From an uncultured Candidatus Rokubacteria bacterium (GTDB lineage Bacteria; Methylomirabilota; Methylomirabilia; Rokubacteriales; CSP1-6): 64,000 nucleotides of DNA. The stretch is from contig CAVWFS010000016.1 of NCBI GenBank assembly GCA_963754315.1, positions 32,001 through 96,000 on the forward strand. Reading direction: 5' to 3'. The position numbers were made by a program, and so were the translations under genes. Each line of letters starts with the position of its first letter. The stretch's first letter is position 1. The notes beneath the pieces were generated by a model that searched no databases, was not told the DNA's origin, and was given only the letters and a program-made list of their open reading frames with translations. Shown piece after piece: positions 11,187 through 19,554 of the stretch.

Positions 11187-11551
11187 TCCTGATCGATTCG
11201 AGCGCATGGATTGAATATCTGGCCAGCCGTCCGAACGCCGACCGTTTCGCCATCTACATCGAGGGCGGCGAGCCCCTCCTCGTCTCGGCCATCGAGGTCT
11301 ACGAAGTCTACAAGGTAGTCCGGCGGGACCTCAGCGAGGAACGCGCGGTGGAAGCGGTCTCCGCTCTCCGTCGCGCCACCATTGCGGCGGTCGACGAGTC
11401 TCTGGCGCTGGAGGCGGCCGATCTCTCTCTGGTCCACAGTCTGGCCATGGCGGATTCGCTCGTATACGCGACCGCCCGGCGATTCGGGGCAACGCTCGTG
11501 ACCGGCGATGCCGACTTCGAGGGGCTTCCGGACACCGTCATCATCCGATGA
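11183..11551 (+). CDS. vapC: VapC-type PIN domain toxin (apparent CTG start)
   Basis: LIDSSAWIEY, YEV, ADSLVYATA, LVTGDADF; overlaps antitoxin stop. Confidence 0.85.
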   Translation: MILIDSSAWIEYLASRPNADRFAIYIEGGEPLLVSAIEVYEVYKVVRRDLSEERAVEAVSALRRATIAAVDESLALEAADLSLVHSLAMADSLVYATARRFGATLVTGDADFEGLPDTVIIR

Positions 11552-11589
11552 CGGGCATCGGGACGCCGTTACCCTAACGCGGGTTAGGT

Positions 11590-12300
11590 GGTATTTGAGC
11601 GATAGGTATGGGCAGCGCTACAGGTGCGCATGATTGTGTTCGCTTCGCAGCCACTCGTCTGCGTAGGCGCGCTTCGCGTCGTCTGTATGTCTCGTAGAGC
11701 GAGGCGAGAGGTCCCGCCATCTCAATCACCTCACCAATATAGGCGTGCCCGGATCGGGCCGCTCCACAGTACGTCCAGGTTTTCGATCGAGATGTCGTGG
11801 AATCGCCTCTCGATCAGCGCACTCGTAGCCGGTCCGGGTCGGCGAAGGCGAAGATGCCGGGCTGTCGGGTACGGGTGCCGGCAGTTCCATGTAACGCTTC
11901 AAGACCGCGAGGGGAATCGCGGCCCACGGGTTCTTGTCCGGCCCCGCCAGGTGGCCAGCGCGAGCAGGGCCCCTGGTTTGATGGCTTGGTGGATGCGCTG
12001 CAGGCAGGCGACGGGGTTGGGCATGAACATCAGACCCCAGCGCATGGTCGCGGCGTCGAAGGTGGCTGTCGGTAGCTCAAGTTGCTCGCCATCGGAGACC
12101 CGGAACTCGATATTGCTCAGGCCAGCGGCGGCGGCCTTTTCGCGCGCAAAATCCACCATCGCGACGACGAAATCGGTGGCGAGCACCCGGCCCGTCGATC
12201 CCACGCGGTGTGCAGCAGGTATCGCCGGCTAGCCCGTCCCGCAGGTGATATCCAGAACATGCTGTTCCGCGCTGATGCTGGTTCGATCGAGCAGTGTTTC
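11590..12300 (-). pseudogene. Class I SAM-dependent methyltransferase, heavily disrupted (probably low-quality sequence)
   Basis: HVLDITCGTG*PAIPAAHRVGSTGRVLATD, FDAATMRWGLMFMP, IKPGA; in-frame TAG and several frameshifts. Confidence 0.7.
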
Positions 12301-12323
12301 GGAGATGTTAAGAAATGTTTATG

Positions 12324-13559
12324 TTAATTGATGGTTATGTTTGTGCTAATATGGTAAGATAGAAGATAAAGATTGTTGTTGTTTTTTTGTTGTTGCGGTG
12401 TACGAGTGCCCTCCAGCTTGAGCTCCTTGAGGCGGGGATAGACCTCGCGCGTGAACATTTGCATGCCCTTCACGGTCTCTTCGTGTTCGAGGTAGCCCGC
12501 CTGTCCCATGATGAGCAGGTGGCCGAAGCCGCCCACGTGGTCGTACATCCTTCTGATCTGGCGGTACACCGCGTCGGGGTTGCCCGCGAAAACGAGGCCA
12601 CGCTCCATGTACTCGTCGAGGGGCGCGGGGTTCCTGAAGAGTCGGAAGATGCCGGCGCTGGCCGAACCCTTCATTGCGTTGACGGCGGAGGCGATCGGGT
12701 GATAGCCGGGAGGACTGGTGTATTGCGGGGGGACCTTGTTGGACTCGATGTACCACAAGAGCTTGCGGGCACCTGCGTAGCCTTCCTCGTCGGTCTCGCC
12801 CGTGTAAACCAGCGCTGCGTAGGCAAAACGGTCGAGAGCCGGAGCGGGTAGACCGCGCTCCGCGCGGCGATCGCGATAGGCCCCGAAGATGGCCTTGGTC
12901 CCATCCCACCCGGTCAGGAAGCAGGCCACGACGTAGCCCTTCTCGCCCACGTCGGCCGCGCTAGACGGGCTCAAGGCAGTGATCCAGATCGGCGGATGCG
13001 GCTCCTGGTACGGCCGTGGCCAGATGTTCACTTGTCGGTGGTGGAAGTACTTGCCCTCCCAGTTGAAGGGGCCGTCGTGGCTCGTCCACGCCTTGACGAT
13101 CAGATCGTGGGCTTCCCAGAAACGCTCCATCATGTGGGTCGGCCGATGGTTCCCGGCGGAGATCTCGTAGGGCACGCCGCGCACGAACCCGCACTCCAGG
13201 CGGCCGCGGGAGTAGACGTCGACCATCGCCATCTCTTCGGCCACCCGCACCGGCTCCTTGCGATTGGCGATCGGGTTGCCGAGGATCAGCAGGCGGGCCT
13301 TGCGGGTAACTCGCCCCAAGGTGCCCATGACCACCGCCGCGCTCGGGTTCAGGTTGGTGGCCGTCTGGTGGTGTTCGTTCACCATGATCTCGAGTCCGAG
13401 ATCCTCGGCGATCATCCACTCGTCGATGAAGCGGTGGTAGAGATCGGCGCCGAGCTTGGGGTCGTAATAGCGGTTGGGGAGATGAACCCGGATCGAGTCA
13501 TACACGCTGGGGTCGGGGAGTAGGTGATATGCGTTCTCGCTGAAGAACCAGGCCTGCAT
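12324..13559 (-). CDS. LLM-class flavin-dependent oxidoreductase (true 3' end probably near 12410)
   Basis: NEHH, PVRVAEEMAMVD, GRLECGFVRG, WPRPYQEPHPPIW, FTREVYPRL. Confidence 0.9.
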   Translation of the reverse strand: MQAWFFSENAYHLLPDPSVYDSIRVHLPNRYYDPKLGADLYHRFIDEWMIAEDLGLEIMVNEHHQTATNLNPSAAVVMGTLGRVTRKARLLILGNPIANRKEPVRVAEEMAMVDVYSRGRLECGFVRGVPYEISAGNHRPTHMMERFWEAHDLIVKAWTSHDGPFNWEGKYFHHRQVNIWPRPYQEPHPPIWITALSPSSAADVGEKGYVVACFLTGWDGTKAIFGAYRDRRAERGLPAPALDRFAYAALVYTGETDEEGYAGARKLLWYIESNKVPPQYTSPPGYHPIASAVNAMKGSASAGIFRLFRNPAPLDEYMERGLVFAGNPDAVYRQIRRMYDHVGGFGHLLIMGQAGYLEHEETVKGMQMFTREVYPRLKELKLEGTRTPQQQKNNNNLYLLSYHISTNITIN

Positions 13560-14323
13560 TACGCCCTCCGCTCGACGAGGAATCGCCCGACGCGTTCCAC
13601 CAGCGCGCGCGGCTGCTCAAGATGTGGGAAATGCCCGGCCTCGTCGATTGTCTCCAGCCGGGCTCCCGGAATGGCCGCTCGATAGGCGTCCCCGTAGTAA
13701 CCCGCGGTCACGAAGCGATCGTCGGCACCCCAGAGCAGGAGTGTGGCCACGGTGATCCGCCGCAAACGGCGGCGTAGCTTCGGGTTGTGGAAGTACGGTT
13801 CCCATACGTACTGGGCCGTCGCTTCGCGATTGCGCGCGATGACGGTCAGCTGATCGTCTGACAGGGTCGTGGTGTCGAGGACTGCCCGCGCGGCATCACG
13901 ATACTGCAGCCGCGTGACGTCGTCCGGATGAAGGGCGAAGATGTCGGGAATGTCACGGGTCTCCCGATCTCCGACCTTGATGCCCATGGGAGCCACCAGA
14001 ACGAGGCCGGCCAGGCGGTCGGTACACTTGACTGCCATCTCGGCCGCGATCCATCCACCGAGCGAGGCGCCGATCACCACCACGTCGCGCAAATCACGTC
14101 CGGCCAGTAGGTCGAGGTAGAGATAGGATAGATCGTCGATCGTATCGACTCCGTCAATGTCCGGAGAATGACCGAAGCCCGGATGCGACGGGGCAAGCAC
14201 CTGGCCGTGCTCGGCCAGGAGGTCCAGAAAGGCGTCGTCCGGCCGGAGGCCCTCTTCGCCGTGAAGCCACAAAAGTGGCTGGCCCCGCCCGCGCTCGACG
14301 TGTTCGAGGGTGACGTCGGGAAT
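13559..14323 (-). CDS. Alpha/beta hydrolase (apparent ATT start; first canonical start TTG at 14272)
   Basis: LWLHG, HPGFGHS, GASLGG nucleophile elbow, WGADD, AGHFPHLEQP. Confidence 0.88.
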   Translation of the reverse strand: MPDVTLEHVERGRGQPLLWLHGEEGLRPDDAFLDLLAEHGQVLAPSHPGFGHSPDIDGVDTIDDLSYLYLDLLAGRDLRDVVVIGASLGGWIAAEMAVKCTDRLAGLVLVAPMGIKVGDRETRDIPDIFALHPDDVTRLQYRDAARAVLDTTTLSDDQLTVIARNREATAQYVWEPYFHNPKLRRRLRRITVATLLLWGADDRFVTAGYYGDAYRAAIPGARLETIDEAGHFPHLEQPRALVERVGRFLVERRA

Positions 14324-15396
14324 TAAGCCGCCCTCCGCGTATGCGCGCCGGCGAAAGCCGACGCGACCTCACTCATGAACCGATGCATCTCCTCCTTGAC
14401 CTGGGTGTGCGGCTTCAGGCCGACGTTGAAATAGAGGATCACCTCGGCAAAGCCGGCCGCCTCGACCTTCTTCAGGGTGTCGGTGATCTGCGCGGCCGAG
14501 CCGAGGAGGACCGAGTTCTCGGTGAGGTCCTCGGGCTTCACCTGGTGCAGACGCTCGACCATGGCGACAAAGTATCGATAGCTGGGCGGCGCTGTCTTCG
14601 GATCACCCGGCAAGGCCGGGATGACGCATTCTTTGTAATAGCGGATCTGGCGCGCCCGCTGCGCAGCTTCCTCCTCCTTGCTGTCGGCAAAGTGGATGAA
14701 GTAGCTGCACATCAGGCGCCCGGGGGTAGTGCCGTGCTTGGCGCAGGCGTCGTGGTAGAGGTCGGCGACCTGCTTGAGACCGCCATAGCTCATGGCTGCC
14801 GCGAACGGCGCGACGATCAGCCCGCACCCGAGGCGGGCGGCCAGCTCGATGGACGGCTCGGAGAACGAGGCGACGTACACCGGCAGCGGCCGCTGCACCG
14901 GCTTCGGGGTGATAGAGACGTTCTCGAACGAATAGTGCGTCCCGTGGTGAGAAAGGGGGCCGTCAGCGGCCCACAGACGGCGGACGACCTCCATGCCTTC
15001 CTCGAAAAGGCCCTGATTGTCCTCGAACGACACCTTGAAGGGTTGGTACTCGCGCCGATCGTAGCCGCGGCCGGCCGCGAACTCGACGCGGCCTCCGCTC
15101 AGCAGATCGAGCGTGGCCCACTGTTCGGCCACGCGGATGGGATGATGCAGCGGCAGCACGGTGACGGCCGGGGCGAGCCGGATGTGGCGGGTGCGAGCCG
15201 CGACGTACGACAGCACGAGGTCGGGGCAGGAGAGGACGCCAAGCGAGCTGAAGTGGTGCTCGCCGATCCAGGCCGAGTGCATGCGAAGCTCTTCCGCGTA
15301 GAGCGCCTCGGCGGTGATGTCGGCCACGAACTGATTGGCCGGTCTGGTGTTGTTCAGGTAGTGGTTGTCGCTGAGCGTGAAATAGCCAAAGTCCAT
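14323..15396 (-). CDS. LLM-class flavin-dependent oxidoreductase
   Basis: MDFGYF, WIGEHHF, HPIRVAEQWATLDLLSGGR, PKPVQRP. Confidence 0.92.
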   Translation of the reverse strand: MDFGYFTLSDNHYLNNTRPANQFVADITAEALYAEELRMHSAWIGEHHFSSLGVLSCPDLVLSYVAARTRHIRLAPAVTVLPLHHPIRVAEQWATLDLLSGGRVEFAAGRGYDRREYQPFKVSFEDNQGLFEEGMEVVRRLWAADGPLSHHGTHYSFENVSITPKPVQRPLPVYVASFSEPSIELAARLGCGLIVAPFAAAMSYGGLKQVADLYHDACAKHGTTPGRLMCSYFIHFADSKEEEAAQRARQIRYYKECVIPALPGDPKTAPPSYRYFVAMVERLHQVKPEDLTENSVLLGSAAQITDTLKKVEAAGFAEVILYFNVGLKPHTQVKEEMHRFMSEVASAFAGAHTRRAA

Positions 15397-15560
15397 ACGC
15401 CCTCGCGCGGCCTCCGTCGTGGCTCGGTACCCGAGCATACGCTCAAGGCGCTTTGGGAGCCAGAGCGAAGGGGCCGACCGCTCCGGCATCGGCGCCAGGA
15501 GCGGGCGAGGCGCGCTCGGGTGTTCTATGATGCCGGAGCGAGACAGGGTGAGGAGGGAAT

Positions 15561-16610
15561 ATGCCGAACATTGGTGCCGATGACTTGACCGCATTTGCCG
15601 TCGCCGTTTACGAGGCGGCGGGGACACCGGTGAGCCATGCGCGAATCGTAGCCGCCCACCAGGTCGGTGCCAACCTGGTCGGGCACGACTCGCATGGCGT
15701 AGTGCTGCTGCCGACCTATGTCGATCGCATCGACCGCGGCCACATCATGCCGGCGGCGCGCCCCGACGTCCTGAGCGAGTCTGCGGCGACCCTGGCCGTG
15801 AACGGGCGGTGGGGATTCGGCCCCGTCGTCTCAGAGTGGACGATGGAACGACTCATCGCCAAGGCCGGCCAGACTCAGCTAGCCGCTGGGACGGTTCGTG
15901 AGCAAAGCCACGTCGGTCGGCTCGCCGACTATCCATTGATGGCCGCGCGGGCGGGGTTTATCGGACTCATGATGGCCGACTCCGGGCAGAGTCCGAAGGC
16001 GGTTGCCCCCTTTGGCGGTCGTGAGGCTCGCCTCGGCACTAATCCCATCTGCATTGCGTTTCCGAGCGACCTGCCTGGCCCAGTCTTCATCGACATGGCG
16101 ACCAGCGCCGTCGCCGCCGGCAAGCTGAATCTGGCGCGCGCCCAAGGGAAGCCGATCCCGCTCGGCTGGCTCCTCGACCGGGATGGCAAACCGACCACCA
16201 ATCCCAACGCGCAGCTCGAGGGTGGCGTGATGCTGCCCCTCGGCGGCCCGGAAGGGCACAAGGGCTATGGGTTATCCTTCGCGGTGGAGACGTTGGCATC
16301 GGTGCTTCCCGGCCTCGGCTTCGGCGTCGACCCCAAGGGGCGCCACAACGACGGGACCTTCATGCTGGTGGTCGATCCGCGGGCGTTCTCGCCCACCGAC
16401 TTCAAGGTCGAGGTAGAGGCATTCGTGCGGTACCTCAAGGCGACGCCGCCCGCCGAAGGGTTCGAGGAAGTGCTCTACCCCGGCGAGATCGAGTACCGTA
16501 CCGAGCAGCGTCGTCGTCGGGAGGGCATCCCCATCGAAGCCGCGACCTGGGCGCGCCTCGGCCAGATCGCCACTCGCTTCGGCCTGCTCCCTCTGCGCGC
16601 GCTCGCCTGA
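15561..16610 (+). CDS. Ldh_2 family oxidoreductase (AllD/ComC-like malate/lactate/sulfolactate dehydrogenase family)
   Basis: GHDSHGV, SHVGRL, LGTNPI, DMATS, GHKGYGL, YPGEIE. Confidence 0.9.
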   Translation: MPNIGADDLTAFAVAVYEAAGTPVSHARIVAAHQVGANLVGHDSHGVVLLPTYVDRIDRGHIMPAARPDVLSESAATLAVNGRWGFGPVVSEWTMERLIAKAGQTQLAAGTVREQSHVGRLADYPLMAARAGFIGLMMADSGQSPKAVAPFGGREARLGTNPICIAFPSDLPGPVFIDMATSAVAAGKLNLARAQGKPIPLGWLLDRDGKPTTNPNAQLEGGVMLPLGGPEGHKGYGLSFAVETLASVLPGLGFGVDPKGRHNDGTFMLVVDPRAFSPTDFKVEVEAFVRYLKATPPAEGFEEVLYPGEIEYRTEQRRRREGIPIEAATWARLGQIATRFGLLPLRALA

Positions 16611-16710
16611 GCGCGAGGCCTGAGATCGCCCCAGGGTGCGGGTGGGCAGTCTTACTCAGGGGTCCGTGTACTTACGAATTCCACACCACCTCTTCGGCAA
16701 GGAGGTCGCC

Positions 16711-17889
16711 ATGCACGAGATCGACCCTAGCCATGAGAGCTCTGCGCACGGAGCCATGACTCGGCGGGGTTTCATGATCGCCACCGGAATGACGGTGCTG
16801 GCGGCCGGAGTGAGCTCGGCCACAGGGCAGACACCCGCTACGCCCCCACCGGTGATCCCCGGGAAAGAGAAGCTGATCGTCCGTAGCTCCCGCCCCATCA
16901 ATCTCGAAACCCCCCTCGCTGAGCTGACGTCGTACGACACCCCGGACGGACTCTTCTTCGTCCGCAACAACCTCGAGGCTCCCCGTATCGATCCGGCACA
17001 GTGGGTGCTTCGGATCGAAGGCGAAGTGGATCAGCCGCTGATGCTGCGTCTGGACGACCTCCGAAAGCTGCCCCTGGTGACCGAGGATGCCGTCCTCGAG
17101 TGCGCCGGGAACGGCCGCGCCTTCCACCGGCCGCGCGCTTCGGGCATCCAATGGGAGTATGGCGCTGTCGGCAACCAGTCGTGGACGGGCGTACGACTCG
17201 CCGACGTCCTGGCCATGGCGAAGGTCCGAACAACAGGCCGCCATGTGGCCTTCGACGGCGCCGACAAGCCACCAACCCCACAGGCGCCGGACTTCATCAG
17301 GAGCATTCCCCTGTGGAAGGCGTGGGACTCGCACACCATCATCGCGCTCGAGATGGGAGGCCAGCCGCTGCCGCACCTGCACGGGGGGCCGGCCCGCGTA
17401 CTGGTGCCCGGCTTCGTGGGTTCGGCCTCCATCAAATGGGTCGAGCGGATCACGCTTCTACCCGAGGAGTTCGATGGGTTCTACATGAAGTCGAACTATA
17501 CGGCGCCGCGCGTCGACAACGACAAGGAGCTCTACTCGCTTCAGTCACTCGAAGTGAAGTCGATCATCGTGAGTCCGGCCGAGGGCAGCCGCCTGCGCGC
17601 TGGTTCAACGACGGTCTGGGGCTGGGCGTGGTCTGGTGAAGGAGAACTGACGGGAATCGATCTTTCCACGGACGGCGGGCAAACCTGGAGGGCGGCGAAG
17701 TTCGTCGGTCCCTGGCAGCGCTACTCCTGGCGGAAGTGGGAGTACGGCTGGGACGCCGCACCAGGGCCCCACAGTCTGATGGCTCGCGCCACCGACAGCC
17801 TCGGCCGCGTCCAGCCAGCCAGTCGTGCCCACAACCGGCTCGGCTACCGCTGGAACGTCATCCATGCCGTCAAGGTCGACGTGGCGTAG
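16711..17889 (+). CDS. Tat-exported molybdopterin sulfite oxidase-family protein (SorA/SoxC-like)
   Basis: AAGGAGG SD; TRRGFM twin-Arg; FFVRNN; LECAGNGR Mo-ligand Cys; HGGPAR; SIKW. Confidence 0.9.
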   Translation: MHEIDPSHESSAHGAMTRRGFMIATGMTVLAAGVSSATGQTPATPPPVIPGKEKLIVRSSRPINLETPLAELTSYDTPDGLFFVRNNLEAPRIDPAQWVLRIEGEVDQPLMLRLDDLRKLPLVTEDAVLECAGNGRAFHRPRASGIQWEYGAVGNQSWTGVRLADVLAMAKVRTTGRHVAFDGADKPPTPQAPDFIRSIPLWKAWDSHTIIALEMGGQPLPHLHGGPARVLVPGFVGSASIKWVERITLLPEEFDGFYMKSNYTAPRVDNDKELYSLQSLEVKSIIVSPAEGSRLRAGSTTVWGWAWSGEGELTGIDLSTDGGQTWRAAKFVGPWQRYSWRKWEYGWDAAPGPHSLMARATDSLGRVQPASRAHNRLGYRWNVIHAVKVDVA

Positions 17890-18178
17890 TTCGGCGCTGG
17901 TGGCCGTCATTGCGCTCGGCGCCGTGGCGGCCCCTGTTCCCCTTTCCATCCCCTCGGCCCAGGAGGTTCCGATCCCCCAGACCCCGGGATGGGAGCTGAT
18001 CATGCGTTGTGTGATTTGCCACAGCGTGGAGATCGCCGTGCAGCAGCGCCTCGGGCCCCAGGGCTGGTCGGAGACACTCGACCGTATGATCAAGTACGGC
18101 GCCCCGATTCCGCCCGACGACAAGAAGATGCTCATGACGTATCTGCTTCGCCACTACCGTGATCCGGACGGGCGCTGA
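17864..18178 (+). CDS. Small monoheme cytochrome c (SorB-like)
   Basis: Signal peptide, CVICH, QQRL...W...RMIKYGA; overlaps upstream oxidase. Confidence 0.85.
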   Translation: MPSRSTWRSSALVAVIALGAVAAPVPLSIPSAQEVPIPQTPGWELIMRCVICHSVEIAVQQRLGPQGWSETLDRMIKYGAPIPPDDKKMLMTYLLRHYRDPDGR

Positions 18179-18463
18179 GCCCACGTGCGCTCGTTGAAGA
18201 CGCTAGCCCTCTCGCTCGCTGGTTTCGTCATCCGCCTCGGCCTACCACCCTCGGCCTCCCCCGAAGGCTCGTAATCGTCGGGTTGCCCTTCTCTTGGTGC
18301 TGGTGCCGCGTCGGATTGCAGGGGGGCTAAGTCCTTGTCCTGTAGGACGTGGACGAACCGATCGCGACCTTGAATCGCGCCTGGGGCCACATAGATGCCG
18401 GTGGCGCCGCAATGTAGCCTTGCGCCCTCGGGCGAAAACCCAGCGTATTGGGTGTCTGTGCCA

Positions 18464-18478
18464 TGGCATGCCCCTTGC
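18464..18478 (+). promoter_or_regulatory. Sigma54 (-24/-12) promoter
   Basis: TGGCATGCCCCTTGC = TGGCA..TTGC with exact GG-N10-GC spacing, 17 nt before ROK ATG; operon ends in a GAFTGA activator. Confidence 0.75.
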
Positions 18479-18495
18479 CCTATCCCCAGCTGACT

Positions 18496-19554
18496 ATGAG
18501 CATCCCTGACCGCGTTCTCATCGGAGTCGACGTGGGGTGTACGACCACGTCCGCAGCGCTCGTCACTGCCGACGGGACTATCCTCTCGGTGGTTCTGGCT
18601 GCCACCGGGCTCGGGTCCGGAACTGCCGCCGATACCGTGCTGGGCCTTATCGGCAAACTCTGCGCTGAGGCTCATGCCCGCAACCTCACGGTCGAGGGGG
18701 TGGGACTGGGACTGCCTGGGCTCGTGGACGTTGACCGCGGCATGCTGCAGAGCTCGGCCGGCGCCTACCTGGCGGATTTCCATGGGATCCCGCTCGCCGA
18801 GCGCATCTCCGCCAAGACTGGCGTCGCCACCGTCGTGGACAATGACGTGAATGCCCTTGCGCTCGGCGAATGGATGTTCGGCCACGCGCGCGGTACCCGC
18901 TCTTGCGTTGTCTTCGCCGTTGGCAGCGGCGCCGGCGCGGGCATCATTCTCGAGGGCTGCCTCGTTCGAGGCAAGAGCGGATATGCGGGCGAGTTCGGTC
19001 ACATTCCGATCGATTTCAATGGTCCGCCGTGCCCGTGTGGGGGACGGGGTTGCCTCGGTTTGTACGTCTGCGGACAATTCCTGGCCAAGGAGGCGCAGGA
19101 TCGCGTGACCCGCGAACCCTCGTCGCTCCTCGCCTTAGCGAGAGGCGACGCGAGGGCCATTACGACGGAGAGCATCTTCGAGGCGGCGGCGGCCGGGGAC
19201 TCGATGGCGCGGAGCATGGTGGACCGAGCATGCCGCGCTCTCGGTGCGGGCCTCGCCACCATCGTGAATGGCCTGAACCCGGAGATGGTGATCGTCACCG
19301 GCGGCGTGACCAAGTCGCTGCTACCTCTCGAGGGTGATATCCTCCGGCGGACCGGTGAATACGCCCTGGCCGAAGCTCTGGCCAGCACGCGCATCCTCCT
19401 GGTACCGGGCCACAAGAGCCAGACGGCACGCGGGGGCGCAGCCCTCTTCCTCTACGAGCGTGCCCGGCGCGTCACTGGGCACCGCGCCGCACGAGTCAAC
19501 GCACGCCAGCGGCCTCTTCGACATCCTTGTTTCCCAGCGACCGGGGGTGAGTGA
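18496..19554 (+). CDS. ROK family protein without HTH (kinase type)
   Basis: IGVDVG, GLPGLVD, DNDVNA, GAGAGII, AGEFGH, CPCGGRGCL. Confidence 0.9.
   Translation: MSIPDRVLIGVDVGCTTTSAALVTADGTILSVVLAATGLGSGTAADTVLGLIGKLCAEAHARNLTVEGVGLGLPGLVDVDRGMLQSSAGAYLADFHGIPLAERISAKTGVATVVDNDVNALALGEWMFGHARGTRSCVVFAVGSGAGAGIILEGCLVRGKSGYAGEFGHIPIDFNGPPCPCGGRGCLGLYVCGQFLAKEAQDRVTREPSSLLALARGDARAITTESIFEAAAAGDSMARSMVDRACRALGAGLATIVNGLNPEMVIVTGGVTKSLLPLEGDILRRTGEYALAEALASTRILLVPGHKSQTARGGAALFLYERARRVTGHRAARVNARQRPLRHPCFPATGGE

Noticed and set aside
10976..11551. 191-aa antitoxin-toxin fusion ORF
   Set aside because: The middle is the antitoxin read out of frame; one extra base near 10991 explains it.
12229..12231. 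In-frame TAG in the methyltransferase as pyrrolysine or readthrough
   Set aside because: Lies in an error-rich stretch at a position where Glu (GAG) fits the motif.
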